A stretch of DNA of 64,000 bases from the NCBI GenBank assembly GCA_951406725.2, contig OX597821.1, positions 80,228,001 to 80,292,000 of the forward strand, written 5' to 3'. Shown here in pieces: positions 27,051 through 42,629 of this stretch; within the stretch, counting starts at the first letter, position 1, and every line of letters starts with the position of its first letter. The stretch is from Octopus vulgaris. Its lineage: Eukaryota. The notes under the pieces are model-generated. The model made no database searches, was not told the DNA's origin, and worked only from the letters and a program-made list of their open reading frames with translations. The position numbers were made by a program, and so were the translations under genes.

Positions 27051-27299
27051 TATTTCTAAATCATATATTAATCATGCAGAATACTGAGTGATTGTCCCTT
27101 CCTTCCGCTATTCTCCTATATATTTATAGAGATATATATGCATGTATTGTATATAGGATGTGGGGAGCCAAACTACGAAAAAAGTTTTTCACATCTATTT
27201 ACCTGTTTCTGATGGTGAAGCATACTTACGGCTAGGCATGGTCAGCTCAGAACTGGTGAATTGCCAACCAGTTAACTGAATTGAAGTATCATAGGTGAG

Positions 27300-27700
27300 G
27301 TGACGCCTTGTTCATTGTGGATGGGTGATGAGTAATCGTGATTGGACAAGTTTATGAACTGATAGGTTCAGAAATATTTATAATCTGGTAAAGGTTGCAT
27401 GTGGCGTTGAAGAAGAAATCAAGAGTGCTTGGGGTGTCTCTTTGTTAATTAAGGATACATACAAGAGATACAACTAATCGATGTTGGGAAATAAGGATTG
27501 GAGACATTTCATTTTCTACCCGACTGGCATCATTTAAGACTAACATCTATAACAGTTGAGATCATTGAAGTCACCAAGAATGATGACTTCGGAGAGCGGT
27601 AAAGTGAGTCAGATGTCCTCTATGCTGGAAGAGTTACTGGTAGTTGGAGGGGTTTGTAGAGCAGTTACGGAAACAAATATATTTGGAGAAGAGGAGGGAG
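27300..27700 (-). pseudogene. Decayed non-LTR retrotransposon APE endonuclease fragment
   Basis: Minus-strand translation LYKPP...SEVIILGDFND (27564-27584) and PSTLDFFF, corresponding to the YRPP, GDFN and LDL motifs of LINE AP-endonucleases. Many stops. Confidence 0.6.
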
Positions 27701-28283
27701 ACCTTGAGCTAGCGTATCTGTAAGGCTTTGTTGTTGATATTCAGGTGAGAGAGGTAAATGGCGAGGAGAATGTATGCGTGTGCTGACACTACATCTCAGA
27801 GTGAAGTTCAAATAGAGAGAGTAGCGTGGGCAGCAGAAGAGGATTATAAATAAGCTCTGAGAGATTTATAAATTGGAGAGGAACAAGAGGTAATGTGAGT
27901 GGTCTAGTTTGGATCGAAGCCCACGGTTTTAGAGGAAATTAGGGACAATTGTTCAGCGTGTTTATATCTTGTTAAGCTCATCTGAAGAAATTAGAGGTTG
28001 TAGATGACCCTTGGTGTTCACGATAATTCTCTGTAACCTTTATGTATGCAACACAATAAACAGCCATTCCTTGAGCGCTTGGCCATGTTAAGCCAAGAGA
28101 CGTGATGTGCTTACCAAAAGTAAAAGCAAACTAATGAAGGTAACCTTTTATGTCATAAAGAAGTCTACCTTAGATAGGTGGTGATTCAGTTTAATATACC
28201 TAAACAACTATATATATCTTAGCTTCCAATACATGGATCCGTTGCTTTAAAATTATATAAGGTAGATGTAAATGTACACATGC

Positions 28284-28337
<54 letters not shown>

Positions 28338-28414
28338 TCATGTTGCCGCAGGCAAACACATAAACACATACATATACATTTTATTCTCTCTCCCTGTATA
28401 TTTCCTCATATTCC

Positions 28415-28449
28415 TCTCTGTTCAAGAGCGTAGGCTCGAAACGTAAAAG
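28415..28449 (+). ncRNA. Degenerate hammerhead-like motif of the same cassette family as 279 and 971
   Basis: CTGTTCA-a-GAGC-gtag-GCTC-GAAAC-GTA-aaag. Core mutated, stem II intact. Downstream sequence resembles that following the 279 and 971 motifs. Confidence 0.45.
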
Positions 28450-28559
28450 ACTTTCTCACCTTCCCCAGCGTCAAACTAATACACCTACTTGTTGTTCATA
28501 CACCTGTCTTCGTCTTTTGTTTTTCTGTAATTTTCAACTACACACAGACACACACGCAC

Positions 28560-28630
<71 letters not shown>

Positions 28631-29026
28631 ACCACACACACATAACTGAGTTTGAACGAATCGCTACTTGAAGTTCCTCGTTTCCGATCTAGAGATTAAG
28701 GATCGAGAACGAGAAATTCCGAAAAGTGATTCATTCATATTCTGCTTTTATGCCACTCTTTATAAAGTTATTGAGCATTTACTTTTGCTCATTTACGTTT
28801 CACACTAGTATATGTGTCCATGTCCATGTGTGAGTGCGCGTGTGCACGCACACAATGCATACACACACACATATATATATATATATACACATATACACAT
28901 ACACATACATGCATATGTGTGTGTATAAGTAAGTTTTTACATATATTATTTTATATATAAATACACACACACACATGGATTTATTCATGTATATACGCAT
29001 GTATACATATATACGATTGGGTGTGC

Positions 29027-29099
<73 letters not shown>

Positions 29100-29871
29100 G
29101 CGTTTGTGTACCCCCCAGGTCTGCAATTGTATCCCAACCCCGACCTAACCAGTATGGTGCCAATTCCCAGGAAAACTCAGCCAGCCGTGAACGAAGCTCC
29201 CCTCTACACATGCATACAGACACACACACACGCACACACGCACACACAAACACACACACACAAACACACACACACACACAATAACAAACTAGGCTAAAAT
29301 AAAATAAAATTCTTCTAAAATGGTCGCTGCCAGGAATAACTTTGGTTAACACACTGATCTTGTTACTATGGCTGGTAGTGGTGGAGATGGTGTTATTATT
29401 AGTGGTGGTGGTTGTGGTGATGGTGGAGGAAGTGGATGTGGTAGTGATGGTCGTGGTGATGGTGGAAGTGGTGTTGGAGGAGGTGGTGGTGATGGTAGAG
29501 GAGGTGATGGTGATGGTGTGGTGATGCTGGGGTGGTTGCTGTTGTGGCAATGGTGTGGTTGTAATAATGTTGGTGTTGTGGTAGTGGTGATGACATGCTG
29601 CCGGTGTTGTAATGATGGTGGTCGTGGTCGTCGTGAACCGGTGATTGTACTGTTGTGGTGGTGATATTGGCTATGGTTACTCCACTAGTAGTGAATTGTA
29701 ATTCGTTAGCGGGGTGGCGGTGTTAGGAGAGTTGTCATTGGTGGTGGTGGTGCTGGTGGTGCTGCTGCTGCTGTTTAGATCTCAGGCACCTCGGTCAACC
29801 AAACTTATCTTCAAAGAACTTCTGGTGATTTTTCTACATCTAAGAATAACTTTGTTTAAAGACGATATGGT

Positions 29872-30039
29872 CATGGCCGTCTTAGAAGCAATGTAGGCCC
29901 CGGGCGAATCAATGCATCGGGCCCTAAAATATTTATTGGCAGCAAGCCACAGTATATACATAGATCACACTTGAGTCCCTAAACCAGTGGCCCTCCTCAG
30001 GGCAAATACCCACAGTGGTCATGCTTTAAGACGACGCTG
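29872..30039. mobile_element. hAT-like MITE relic nested in another dispersed repeat
   Basis: Imperfect TIRs CATGGCCGTCTTA / TAAGACGACGCTG with subterminal GGCCCC motifs. The putative 8-bp TSD is degenerate (gatatggt/tataggat). Confidence 0.4.
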
Positions 30040-31200
30040 TATAGGATGTGATTTGATGGAAAATTGGCTTTTTTTGTTAACAGGCCGAACGACTGACCAA
30101 AGATTCTCTTCTTGGTAGGCAGATATTTTAGACAATGACGTCTCCTTAGAAATTCAAACCCCGACTCCATAAGAATTATTATTAATATTTGTTTCGAACA
30201 TTAAAGCTGCGAATTGGCACCGGACAAAATGCTTAGTGGCATTGCGTCTGTCTTTACGTTCTGACTTCAAATTACGCCGAAGATGACTTTGCTTTTCATC
30301 ATTTCAGGGTCAATAAAATAAGTACCAGTTGAACAATGGGGTCGATAACAATCAACTTACATCCTCCTCCGAAATTGCTAGCCTTGCGCCAAAATTTTAA
30401 ACGAATAATTGTTTCTATCAAAGGCACAGAGCCAGAAATTTGGCGAGGGGTAGAGTCGGCAATATCGACTGCAGTGCTTGACCAATACTTTATTTTATCT
30501 TCCTTGGAAGGATGAAAGGCAAAGTTAATTTCGGATAGCTTTGACCTACAAATGACTATTAATACTAATAATTATGATATTAATTAAATGAATAGGAAAA
30601 AAGCAAATTAGTTGGGTGGCGAAAATGAGAGAAAGAGAAGAAAAGGCAAAGAGGAATTTAATTTAAAAAGAATAAACGAGCCACAAACACAAAGGCAGAT
30701 CCATGGGTTAAACAAGTGAGATTTATTCAAAAGCAAAAGACAATATATACAGCATTGGTTTATGTATTGAACCAGGAGTTCTCAAATTTTTCTTCCAGCC
30801 TACGCATTCGTCATGTCCAACATTGTTGGCGTAGCCCTTGTGAAGAATACATGAAGTCGTTAGATACCATAACACAAGCAATATGTAAATTGTCATTTAT
30901 TATATTTGTATGTCAACGCGTCTAAAACAAATATTTGATGAAGTTACATATATATAATTATTGACGTTACATGTCTACGGAGCCACCGTCGACTTTTTTC
31001 TATCCAAAGACGATTTTTAACCCAGTATCCCCATGCTGTTATTTATAGCTTATCGACGCCGAGAGCCAACGTTCCAAAAAGAGCATTATATATATATATA
31101 TATATATGTATATAAAGTATACTAGTCATATTGAGATGGCTAGTATACTTTACATTTTCGTGCAGTTTCTGTTTACATCTCGTTCAGAGATTTATTATTG

Positions 31201-31276
<76 letters not shown>

Positions 31277-31313
31277 CTGTATATATATATATGTGTGTAG
31301 ATATATATATATG

Positions 31314-31358
<45 letters not shown>

Positions 31359-31389
31359 ATATATATATATGTATATATATATATATGTG

Positions 31390-31504
<115 letters not shown>

Positions 31505-32200
31505 GTATATATATATATATATATATGTATGTATATATGTATATATATATGTATATATATATGTATATATATATATCTATATGTGTGTGTGTATATATAT
31601 ATGTATATATATATATATATTTAACCGGTTATAAATGTGTTGTACGTTTTTTTTAGATAAATGCTGCATACTAAATCTGAACCATTAAAAAGTAGTTCGT
31701 TGTGATTACTTCACAACCCCAGTGTTTTTACAAATCTCGCGTATCCTAGTAATGTATCTTGTGTGCGTACCCTTAGGGATACGCGTACTTCGGTTTGAAA
31801 ACTTTTGTATTAAACTGATATGCTTAAAGTCGACTATACTTTTTGTCTTCCTTTTTTTTAGGAAAAGGAAAACGAAATAAAGAAAAAAAAAGTAACGGAA
31901 GAGTAGAAAGAAAATCGCTTCTGTTTCTTTCTTAAACATTCGCTGCTGGTTTTATATCTACTGATGAATTGCATCAATCAGTGAACAAAGCGCAGTGGTA
32001 CAAACAAATTGTTTGATGCTGTGTATTAGACATTGTTTAATGGTGTATGTAAGAGATTTTGTAAGTTCAGAAATGGTTATAGCAACTCTTCTTTTAATGC
32101 ATTGGTTTCTATGAAATGGTGTCTATGTTAACTCACGATCTCAAATCAAGTCACTTGCTCAAACATGTACAATTAAAAGATGCACCAACACATGTTCTTT

Positions 32201-32265
<65 letters not shown>

Positions 32266-32266
32266 A

Positions 32267-32634
32267 CTCTTTTACTTGTTTCAGTCATTTGACTGCGGCC
32301 ATCGACCCCAGGACTTATTCTTTGGAAGCCTAGTACTTATTCTATCAGTCTCTTCTGCCGAACCGCTAGATTATGGGGACGTAAACACACAAGCATCGGT
32401 TGTCAAGCGATGCTGGGGGAACAATCACAGACATACAAACACACACACGTATATATATATACACATATATACGACAGGTTTCTTTCAGTTTCCGTCTACC
32501 AAACCCACTCTCAAGGCTTTGGTCGACCCGAGGCTATAGTAGAAGGCACTTGCCCAAGGTGCCACGCAGTGGGACTGAACCTGGAGCCATGTGGTTGGTA
32601 AGCATGCTACTTACCACACAGCCACTCCCGCGCC
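32267..32634 (-). mobile_element. SINE family A
   Basis: Near full-length inverted copy. Confidence 0.9.
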
Positions 32635-34277
32635 TACATGTGTGCGTGTTTCCTTTTTTCGTTTTGCATTTTTTTTTTGTCGTCCATACATGTGATAGAA
32701 AAGCGCTCATTACATAGAGTTTATTTATTGAAGAACACGAAATAAACTGGGAAGTGTGGTGCGTGCAAGGCCTGTTTCTTTACACCATCTTGTTTGATCT
32801 ATACAGGCATAAATATTTTGCTGTGCTGCTAAATTACGGGGATGTAAACACACTAACACCGGTTGTCAAGCTGTGTTGGGGGATAAACACACACACACAC
32901 TCGAGGAGAAATTCACTCACAAGGCTTTGGTCAGTCCCATGACCTTAGTAGAAGACATTTGCTCAAGGTCTCACTTAGTGGGACTGAACTTAGAACCATG
33001 TGGTTGGCAAGCAAGCTTCTTTTCACATAACCATGCCTGCGTCTATAAATTTGTTAGCACATGTATATATGTGTGTGTGTTTGTGTTTGTTCCACTATCA
33101 TTTGACAAACGGTGCTGGTTTCTTTACGGCCCTACAACGTAGCAATTCTGAAAAAGAGACCAGTAGAATAATGCCAGACTTAACTAATAAGTTGAAGGTC
33201 GATTTGTTCGACGAAATCATTTAAGATGGTGCTCCAGCATGGCCGCAGTCCTATAGCTTAAACAGGTAAAAGAGATAAAAGAGAAGAACTAAATTTGTAC
33301 AGCCGGTGGTCATATGTGCCAATTTTACTACGCATGTATGTATGTATGTATGTATGTATGTATGTATGTATGTATGTATGCACGCATGCATGTATGTATG
33401 TGTGTATGTATGTATGTTTGTATGTATATATGAATGAATGACTAAACGCATGTATACATGTGTGCATGTGTATGTATGTGTATGATGTTCTGCACAGACG
33501 CTATTAATATTTACGTATTCATATAACTTTAATAGCAATCCAGCGAAGCTAAAGTATTAAACCCCATCATTTAACCAGTAACTGTTGCTTCTTACGATAA
33601 ATTCCATTTTTTTTTTCAATTTGCTTTCTTTTCCTCCCCATCTCTTCATATTCATTTTATCCCCTAAAATTTCATTGAACAGATGAAACATTTCACTAAA
33701 ATCATTAAAAATTTCTACAAGTGCTCCTTTTGTGCTATTATTATCAGAGAAAATATCAAAGAAATTGAAAGACTTTGAAAATTCCAATAGTGTGATTCCT
33801 TCGCCGGCGTCCATTACATTATGTATTCCTTAATCATCGATTTTTACTATTTGAAGCTTTATTTCTTTTCTGTTTTATACTGGAAAATGTTTGAGAATCC
33901 AAGGCAGCTATTAGAAATGTTAGAGGATTCAATGGAATGGTGCTTTGTGCTTTGTATTTTAGTCGGCGGGGCAAGCTGGACCTTGTATTACTGCAGTGTT
34001 ACTACTCAGTTCGTCGGAGACGGTGTATCGGCTGCTTGGTGGAACGTTGTTTTGCATATTCTACAAACACAAACACAGGCACACACGTACGTACGTATGC
34101 ATGTATTATACACACGTATACTCCCGTACATACAGACAGACAGACAGACTGACAGACATACATAATACAAACAGACAGACAGATAGACAGACAAACGGAA
34201 AGAGAAACTAGAATGTAGACATGAATGAATGTCAATGAGAAATGGAGGATTTGTATTAAAATTTCTTTGTAGGTAAA

Positions 34278-34675
34278 GGCCGCGAGCTGGCAGAAACGTT
34301 AGCGCGCCGGGCGAAATGAATAGCCGTATTTCGTCTGCCGTTACGTTCTGAGTTCAAATTCCACCTAGGTTGACTTTGCCTTTCATCCCTTCAGGGTCGA
34401 TAAATTAAGTACCAGTTATGCACTGAGGTCGATATAATCGTCTTAATCCGTTTCTCTGTCCTTGTTTGTCCCTTCTGTGTGTAGCCCTTTGTGGGTAGTA
34501 AAGAAATAGGTATTTCGTCCGTCTCCGTGTTCTGCGTTCAAATTCCGCCGAGGTCGACTTTGTCTTTTATCCTTTTGAGGTCGATAATGTAAGTGCCATT
34601 TGAGCACTGGGGTTGAATGTAATCGACTTAACCACCTACTTCTCAAGAATTGCTGGCCTTGTGCCAAAATTCGAA
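34278..34675 (+). mobile_element. Dimeric SINE family B
   Basis: Head, body, linker, body, tail. Confidence 0.85.
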
Positions 34676-35189
34676 AGCGATATTTCATTGTAGGTAAGGA
34701 TGATCGACTCATGTGCATCATGAGGGTCGCATGGGTGAATAGCGTGGGCCACACAAGAAACGGTTGAACGAAAAAGCTTGTAGAGACATCATTTGTCCCG
34801 CTGTGATTGTTTATAAGTTTTGTTGCAGCAGAAGTAGTGATGGTAGCAGTGGTGGGGGATATTGCGTCGTGGTTATGTTAAACAGAAGAGATGAGGATGA
34901 AGTTGCGTGGACAAGAACGACAGGTGTATGTATCGATGTATTAATGTCTATGTCTGTCTGTGTGTGTGTATGTGTGTGTGTATTAAGCGTAAGGCAATAA
35001 ACAAAAAATATAAAAAGATATAGTACTTCGAGGATAAAATTCGGTAAGCTTGAACCCACAATGCAGAAATTCAGAACGAATGCCAAGAAACATTCCATCC
35101 GACGCTCGGCTACTTCACCACATGAAGTTGATAAGGCGGCGTAGCAAAGCAGATTCTTTAGTGAGCAATCAGTAGACTTTAGAAGAAAA

Positions 35190-35565
35190 TCAGTGTAGCT
35201 AAGAAGAAGAAATGTGGTTGGGATTACAGGCGACATTGAGCAGAGCATTTGATTCTACAAAACCCACAACAATTGAAGAAGTGAAAAGAAGAATAAGGCA
35301 GGTAACAGGACGCTATGAGGAACTTCTTACCATAGTAAAGAAACGCAAGCTCAGGTGGTTTGTGTATGTCACCCGCTCATCAGGGATGACCAAAACAATT
35401 CTTCGGGGAACAGTGAAAGGTAGCAGAGGCAGAGGCAGGCAGAAAAAGACATGGGAAAACAACATCCGTGAGTGGACAAGTGCGAGAGGCAGAAGACGGG
35501 TGGAGGAACCTGGTCGCAAAATCAACAGTGATATCCCAACGGTCAGCCGGACTAATGTAATGTAA
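35190..35565 (+). mobile_element. RTE-clade LINE 3' fragment
   Basis: Translation EEVKRRIRQVTGRYEELLTIVKKRKLRWFVYVTRSSGMTKTILRGTVKGSRGRGRQKKTWENNIREWT is typical of the RTE C-terminus. Ends in a (TAATG)n tail. Confidence 0.85.
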
Positions 35566-36435
35566 CTCACACCAACTAACTGCAGATTTAAAGGAGACTA
35601 AATTTGCTAAACGGCCGTTCTATGCGAGAGAAGATTTAATATCTTTTGCTACTTAATGGCATAAAACCGAAAATAAACGACGTTACTTAGTTACTGGTGA
35701 GTCCTTTGGGACTTCCATATATATAAATACATACCTATATGTATAAGTACATACATATATGTGTGTATGAGTGTGTGTGTGTGCGTATTTGAGGAAAAAC
35801 TTTGAAGTAAGTGGCATTAAATAGAGTGGAGGCAATAGAGAGATGCAGAGGGAAAATATGTGAAAATATTAGTGCGTATGCATGAGAGGGAGGGAGAGAG
35901 GATAAGCGAGAATATGTGTGTGTGGGGGGGAGGTTGGTGTGTTTATGTGTACGCGTGACTAGTAATTCGGATATGCAAAAATGTATACTTTTTCAAGGTT
36001 GGGGTCACAAAAGCGGATTATTATGCTTGTCAATGTAATCACGTCGTTATGTTAATAGTAATACTAATTGTTTTTGAATTATTGTACTTATACACACATG
36101 TATGCGTGTGTGGTGTGTGTGTGTGGTGCGTTTATGCGTGTGTGATGTATTTATGTGTGTGTGTGGTGCGTGCTCGACCGCGTGCACTCTCGCTAGACGG
36201 TGCAAGGACAAATATTTGTCTGCCTCCCATATTTATTGTGTTTTTTTTCCTTCAGTACAACATATCTCTGGACAAATACTGCAGTAAGTGGCTATCGAGA
36301 GTGTGCATACATTGCGTATGATATACAGATAGCTATTTTAATTAAATACTGCCTCAGTAGTATAAAAAAATACACACACACACACATATATATTTTACAT
36401 ATATCTGATGCATATTTTTGATATTCTTTATCCTT

Positions 36436-36549
36436 TTATTTGTTTCAGTTTCTTGACTGCGGCCATGCTGGAGCACTACCTTTAGTCGAACAAATCAATC
36501 CCAGGACTTGTTCCCCTCTCTCTCTCCCTTCCTTTCTCTCTCTCTCCCC

Positions 36550-36587
<38 letters not shown>

Positions 36588-36748
36588 AAAACGACATGCT
36601 TCTTTAAGTTTTCGTCTACCAAATCCACAAACAAGGATTTGGTCTGCCCGTGGCAGCAGTAGAGAACACTTGCCCAAAGTGCCACGCAGTAGGACTGAAC
36701 CTGGGACCAATTGATTGAAGGGTGACATTTTTACCACACAGACACGGC
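36436..36748 (-). mobile_element. SINE family A with internal deletion
   Basis: Tail and head present. The central body is replaced by (CT)n(TA)n. Confidence 0.75.
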
Positions 36749-37133
36749 TGTAATGTATTTGTCTATGATATCGACAACCGCAATTAGTCTCTCATTTCTA
36801 AGGCTGGATTTCTGTATCTCGAAATCCCATGTTGCGGAACATAAACAAAGATAAACATGATGACAGAGATTTACAAACATTCACGCGCGTGTATACACAC
36901 ATGCATCTTAAACGTACATACATTTCAGTTTGCACGTGCGCACATGTGTATATATATATATATATATATATATTGATGTTTGTTTCTATGTTCAGTTGTA
37001 AAGAAAAACAATTTTACATTAAGCTGATGGGTTAATCTATACTCTTGTAGAGAACATGATTATCCTTCTTAAACAGGACTATCGTTGACAGTGAATTCGA
37101 AGTTACGGCTAGCTAAGCCATCGGACAGCTATG

Positions 37134-37173
<40 letters not shown>

Positions 37174-37432
37174 TATAGGTATATAAATGATCTCCTGCTT
37201 ATATCCTTCTAACTACTTTAACTCTTTATTCTTCTATTTTACTCCTTTATTCTTTTATTTTATTCCTTATAAACTTTGGATCTTATTCCTTACCCAGTGC
37301 GGGGAGATGCGAACCTACAACTTGGGTCATCCCAGAAACACCTGTGGAACTTCAAATTCACGTTACCCTAATTAGATTATTCTAAATGACTTCAGATACG
37401 CGTCCGCCTTCCTCTAATATGTATATGTACAT

Positions 37433-37529
<97 letters not shown>

Positions 37530-37531
<2 letters not shown>

Positions 37532-37692
37532 CGCAGGAGTGGCTGTGTGTTAAGAAGATTACTTCCCAACCACATGGTTCCGGGTTCAGTCCCAATGCGC
37601 GGCACCTTGGGCAAGTGTCATCTACTATAGCCTCGGGCTGACCAAAGCCTTGTGAGTGGATATGGTTGACGGAAACTGGAAGAAGCCCGTCG

Positions 37693-37734
<42 letters not shown>

Positions 37735-37901
37735 GGTATAAGTTTGTGTGTCTGTGTTTGTCCCCCTAACACCGCTTGACAACCGATGTTGGAGTGTTTA
37801 CGTAGCCTAGCGGCTCGGCAAAAGAGACTGATAGAATAAATACAAGGCTTACAAAGTCCTGGGGTCGATGGCCACAGTCAAATGACTGAAACAAGTAAAG
37901 A

Positions 37902-37902
<1 letters not shown>
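37530..37902 (+). mobile_element. SINE family A inserted in (TA)n
   Basis: GGCGCAGGAGTGGCTGTGTG head, GGTTCAGTCCC B box, flanked on both sides by (TA)n. Confidence 0.9.
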
Positions 37903-37969
<67 letters not shown>

Positions 37970-38085
37970 ATATATGTATATATATATATATGAATATATC
38001 TACATATATGTATATATACATGTATATATATATGTATATATGCACATACACATATATACACACACTTATATATACATATATATAC

Positions 38086-38134
<49 letters not shown>

Positions 38135-38219
38135 TATATACAGGTATATATATAGCTATACATATATATACACATATATATATATTCATATATACGTATA
38201 TATATACATATATACATAC

Positions 38220-38263
<44 letters not shown>

Positions 38264-38744
38264 ACATATACATATACGTATATATATACACACATATATA
38301 TATATATATACACACATACATACATATATATATATATATACATTCATGCATATATACACAAGAATGTATATATGTGTGTGCGTATGTGTGTGTGTCTATG
38401 TGAGTATGTGTGTGTGTCTGTGTGTACGCACAGGCCTAATTGTTTACACATTATTGCATCATTGTTATCCTTATTCTCTGCGTCCCACCTTACAGTGCCA
38501 CAGTAGAGTACTCTGAGCATAAAGAACACACACGTTTACGCGTAACTAACGGCGGTGTGTGTGATATACAGACGTAAAGCCTGAACATTCTGCTAAAATA
38601 CAATTCCAGTAATACAACATAACTTCAAAAATATGTTCAGAAGCTTATACATGTATATAGACACGTGCTTCTGGGTGTGTGTGCGCGTGTGTGATTCTTT
38701 GGTATTCTTTAAATTTTACACGCACCTCTCTCCACTCCACCCCC

Positions 38745-38790
<46 letters not shown>

Positions 38791-38868
38791 ACAGAGATTT
38801 ATTATTTCTTGTTTCTCCCGTATGTATATATATATATATATATATATGTATATGTATGTATATGTATG

Positions 38869-38972
<104 letters not shown>

Positions 38973-39215
38973 TACCACCGCATCGCTAATGGAGTTCCAT
39001 GAAAATATAATAAAATAATATAATTAGCATTTTTCATGTATTTTAATTTCGTATTTGCAATTTGAACGCATAATTTTGGATCCATTTTAACAAGTGAGAA
39101 TCGCCCTGCATGCACCTGTCGAAATTCTGACTCCACCTGATTCGCTAAATGTTTTTATATACCTACGTATATTTCTATGTTTGCATGCAATAAATACATA
39201 CATCCATACATACGT

Positions 39216-39272
<57 letters not shown>

Positions 39273-39275
<3 letters not shown>

Positions 39276-39401
39276 CTGTAAATGTAACATGTGACAATTA
39301 TTCGGTAGCCATGATAAACCCCCGAGTTTCGGTTGCCGTGGTGGTAACTCGGAGTTTTATCGTGGCTACCGAATAATTGTCACATATTACATTTACAGAT
39401 A
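39273..39401. repeat. Inverted repeat, 56-bp arms, 17-nt loop
   Basis: TATCTGTAAATGTAACATGTGACAATTATTCGGTAGCC...CCGAGTT / AACTCGG...GGCTACCGAATAATTGTCACATATTACATTTACAGATA, about 4 mismatches. Confidence 0.95.
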
Positions 39402-39466
39402 AATTCCTCTATTTATATAATATCGAGGTGTCTTTTTTTTCTTTTGTTGTCTTACTATTTTTATCA

Positions 39467-39942
<476 letters not shown>

Positions 39943-40064
39943 ATATGTTGTAAGTATTTCTTATACCCGAAAAATAACCCACACTCTAAAGTATTAGAGC
40001 ATTAATGCATTTTTTAAGAAGCTAAAAATTATGGTCAATCTATGGACCAGCCATAACTTTTAAC

Positions 40065-40117
<53 letters not shown>

Positions 40118-40620
40118 GATAGACACGCACAAATTTCAAAAATATCTGATCTATTAGGCATGTGATTTCGTATCTGTAAAACTCTGAGTGATGCACATCT
40201 AAGCCATCAATTGCTACCGATGAACATATAGTCAGCATAGTGCACTGAGTTCACTTTTCTTTCGTTCGGCCACAAACTCGTATACATACATACATATATG
40301 CATACATACATACATACATACATACATACATACATACATACATACATGCATGCATGCATACATACATACATACATACATACATACATACATACATACATA
40401 CATGCATACATACATACATACATACAGAGTCAACAACTATCGAAAAGGTTGCAAGACGCACCGAAAATTTTAGAAAAATAAATAAGTAAATGAGTGGAAA
40501 CTTTACCGGTGAGTGTGTTAAATTATAAGGCACTAAAAGGATGACTTACACCAGACACAACAGAATATGCTTCAACACACAAACTCATATAAAGAATCTT
40601 GCAAACAAAATCCAAAAACG

Positions 40621-40660
<40 letters not shown>

Positions 40661-40694
40661 GTACGGAAAAATATTTTATTGTTTTCCATACTTA

Positions 40695-40730
40695 CAGTTG
40701 AAAAAGTCTCAATTACTGAAACCGGTACTG
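40695..40730 (+). ncRNA. Minimal hammerhead ribozyme motif, U3-A8 core variant
   Basis: CAG-TTGAAAA-AGT-ctcaatt-ACT-GAAAC-CG-GTA-CTG. Stems I (CAG/CTG), II (AGT/ACT) and III (AC/GT within palindrome ACCGGT) all pair. Lies in a roughly 130-bp cassette flanked by (TA)n. Confidence 0.6.
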
Positions 40731-42443
40731 AAATGTGTTTTATAAAATTATTTTACTATTTTCTACCTTGACTTTTTTTTCCATATATATCAACTCGTGT
40801 GTTCCTTTTCAACTGTCTACACACACACACACACAGATATTATACGTACAGAAATAAATACACAGAACACGAAACGTATGCGTTGACACTAATTTACGTA
40901 GTGCAAGGTTCACACGCACATATATTTGACATGTTATGCATATGTTCCCTCATACACTTAGACACTGCATTATATGCTTGTGTGTGTGTGTGCATGTCTG
41001 CGTTTGTATGTCTGTACATTTCTACAAAACCTTTGCATTTTATGTTCATTTATGCTTGCATTAGATGTTAAATATTCACACCTACATCTACTCACACGTT
41101 CACGACTTTCATTCGATCTTCCTGCGCCTGTATCCTCCTTTATATTTACTGTTATATTCACAAATACGTCCATATGCTGTCAAAATAATGTTCTCATTTC
41201 TATTAAACATTATACATAGTAGGTAATATTGTGTTAATATGTTATATATATAAATATATATGAGATTCGATATGTTCATTTGACGAATTTGACGTTTCGA
41301 GTCTGGCCCATCATTTTCAAATATGAAAAAAGAAAAATGTCTTTTCTCCTTGAGATGAATGGCCAGAATCCTAAATCAAGAACTGAACCCTTTAATTTTT
41401 TATAGTTGTAAACCCCTGCATCAGTTTCCTTGACCTCATTTTTTCATGTTTTATACGTAATGCTTCACGTGTATACATGAGCTTCCGTCTGAATACAGAA
41501 ATGGTGGACAGACCAAATGTCAACAACAATATTGATATTAGTCGTTCGATCTGCATGAAATTACCACTAAACCACACCTTACCATATTTTCAACGAAGAA
41601 GAGAGGACAAATGGAAAAAGTCTTAGACAATCTATATCTGAAAAAGAAAGAAATTTGAGCAGAAATACAGCGAGCTGATCATATGGGGACATCTTTGAGG
41701 ATAAAGTCTGCTGGATCAGATATGAACTGATGATACACAGTAACGACCTCGCATACCAAGTTCCATCAAAGCTTCTTTCGCTACACACACACGCACACAC
41801 ACCAAATACTAAACAGGAAAGCCATAGAATGTTTACAGTGAACGACCTATGTTCAGAAATCTGCCAAATGAAAGACTGATCCTGGCTAAATATCAACTAA
41901 GCCAACAACAACAACTACAACAACAATAGCCTCAACAGTAGAAGCTATACCAAAAGGATCGAATTCCTATATGTGCTTTCAAAAACACAACAGGGAATCA
42001 ATTGCAAAACTCAAATTAAATGATGGCTTGGATGAAAAATGGAATGCAGATGACAAGATTTAAACAATCAAACTTGCCCTGACTTAAAACCACAAGATTT
42101 TTGCGCACAAAATTCAATTTGGGATATTTTTGTATTTTATTGAATAATGTTTATCACATTTTTTTGTTATTCTTTTATTCTATTTTATTTTATTTTTACT
42201 ATTTCTGCATTGCGATCAATTTAGTAAACCAACTGCAAAGGTTATTGATTCCGACAATCTTAAAACTTTGTCTTACAGACCTCGGAAGAAGTGGGGGAAA
42301 GATGAAGTTGACCCGTGCGCGATTTGAACTCAGAAGATGAGCCGACAATAGCAAAATATCTCAAAGGTGCTCTGTTGGTCATTCTGCCGTTATCGAAGTT
42401 TCAACTTAAAATAAATATACTAAGCTATGAGAGTTTATTTAGC

Positions 42444-42528
<85 letters not shown>

Positions 42529-42629
42529 TTGTGTGTCTGTCTGTGATAGACTTTTGCAAAAATGTGATTTACAACAATATGACAAAGGAAGACAAGGGAA
42601 TTTTTAAAAGAGGATAGGTAAAAGATACA

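Noticed and set aside
29342-29664. Gly/Val-rich and His/Thr-rich ORFs (also 12368-12643 and 61625-62562)
   Set aside because: Degenerate (GGT)n/(GAT)n trinucleotide tracts.
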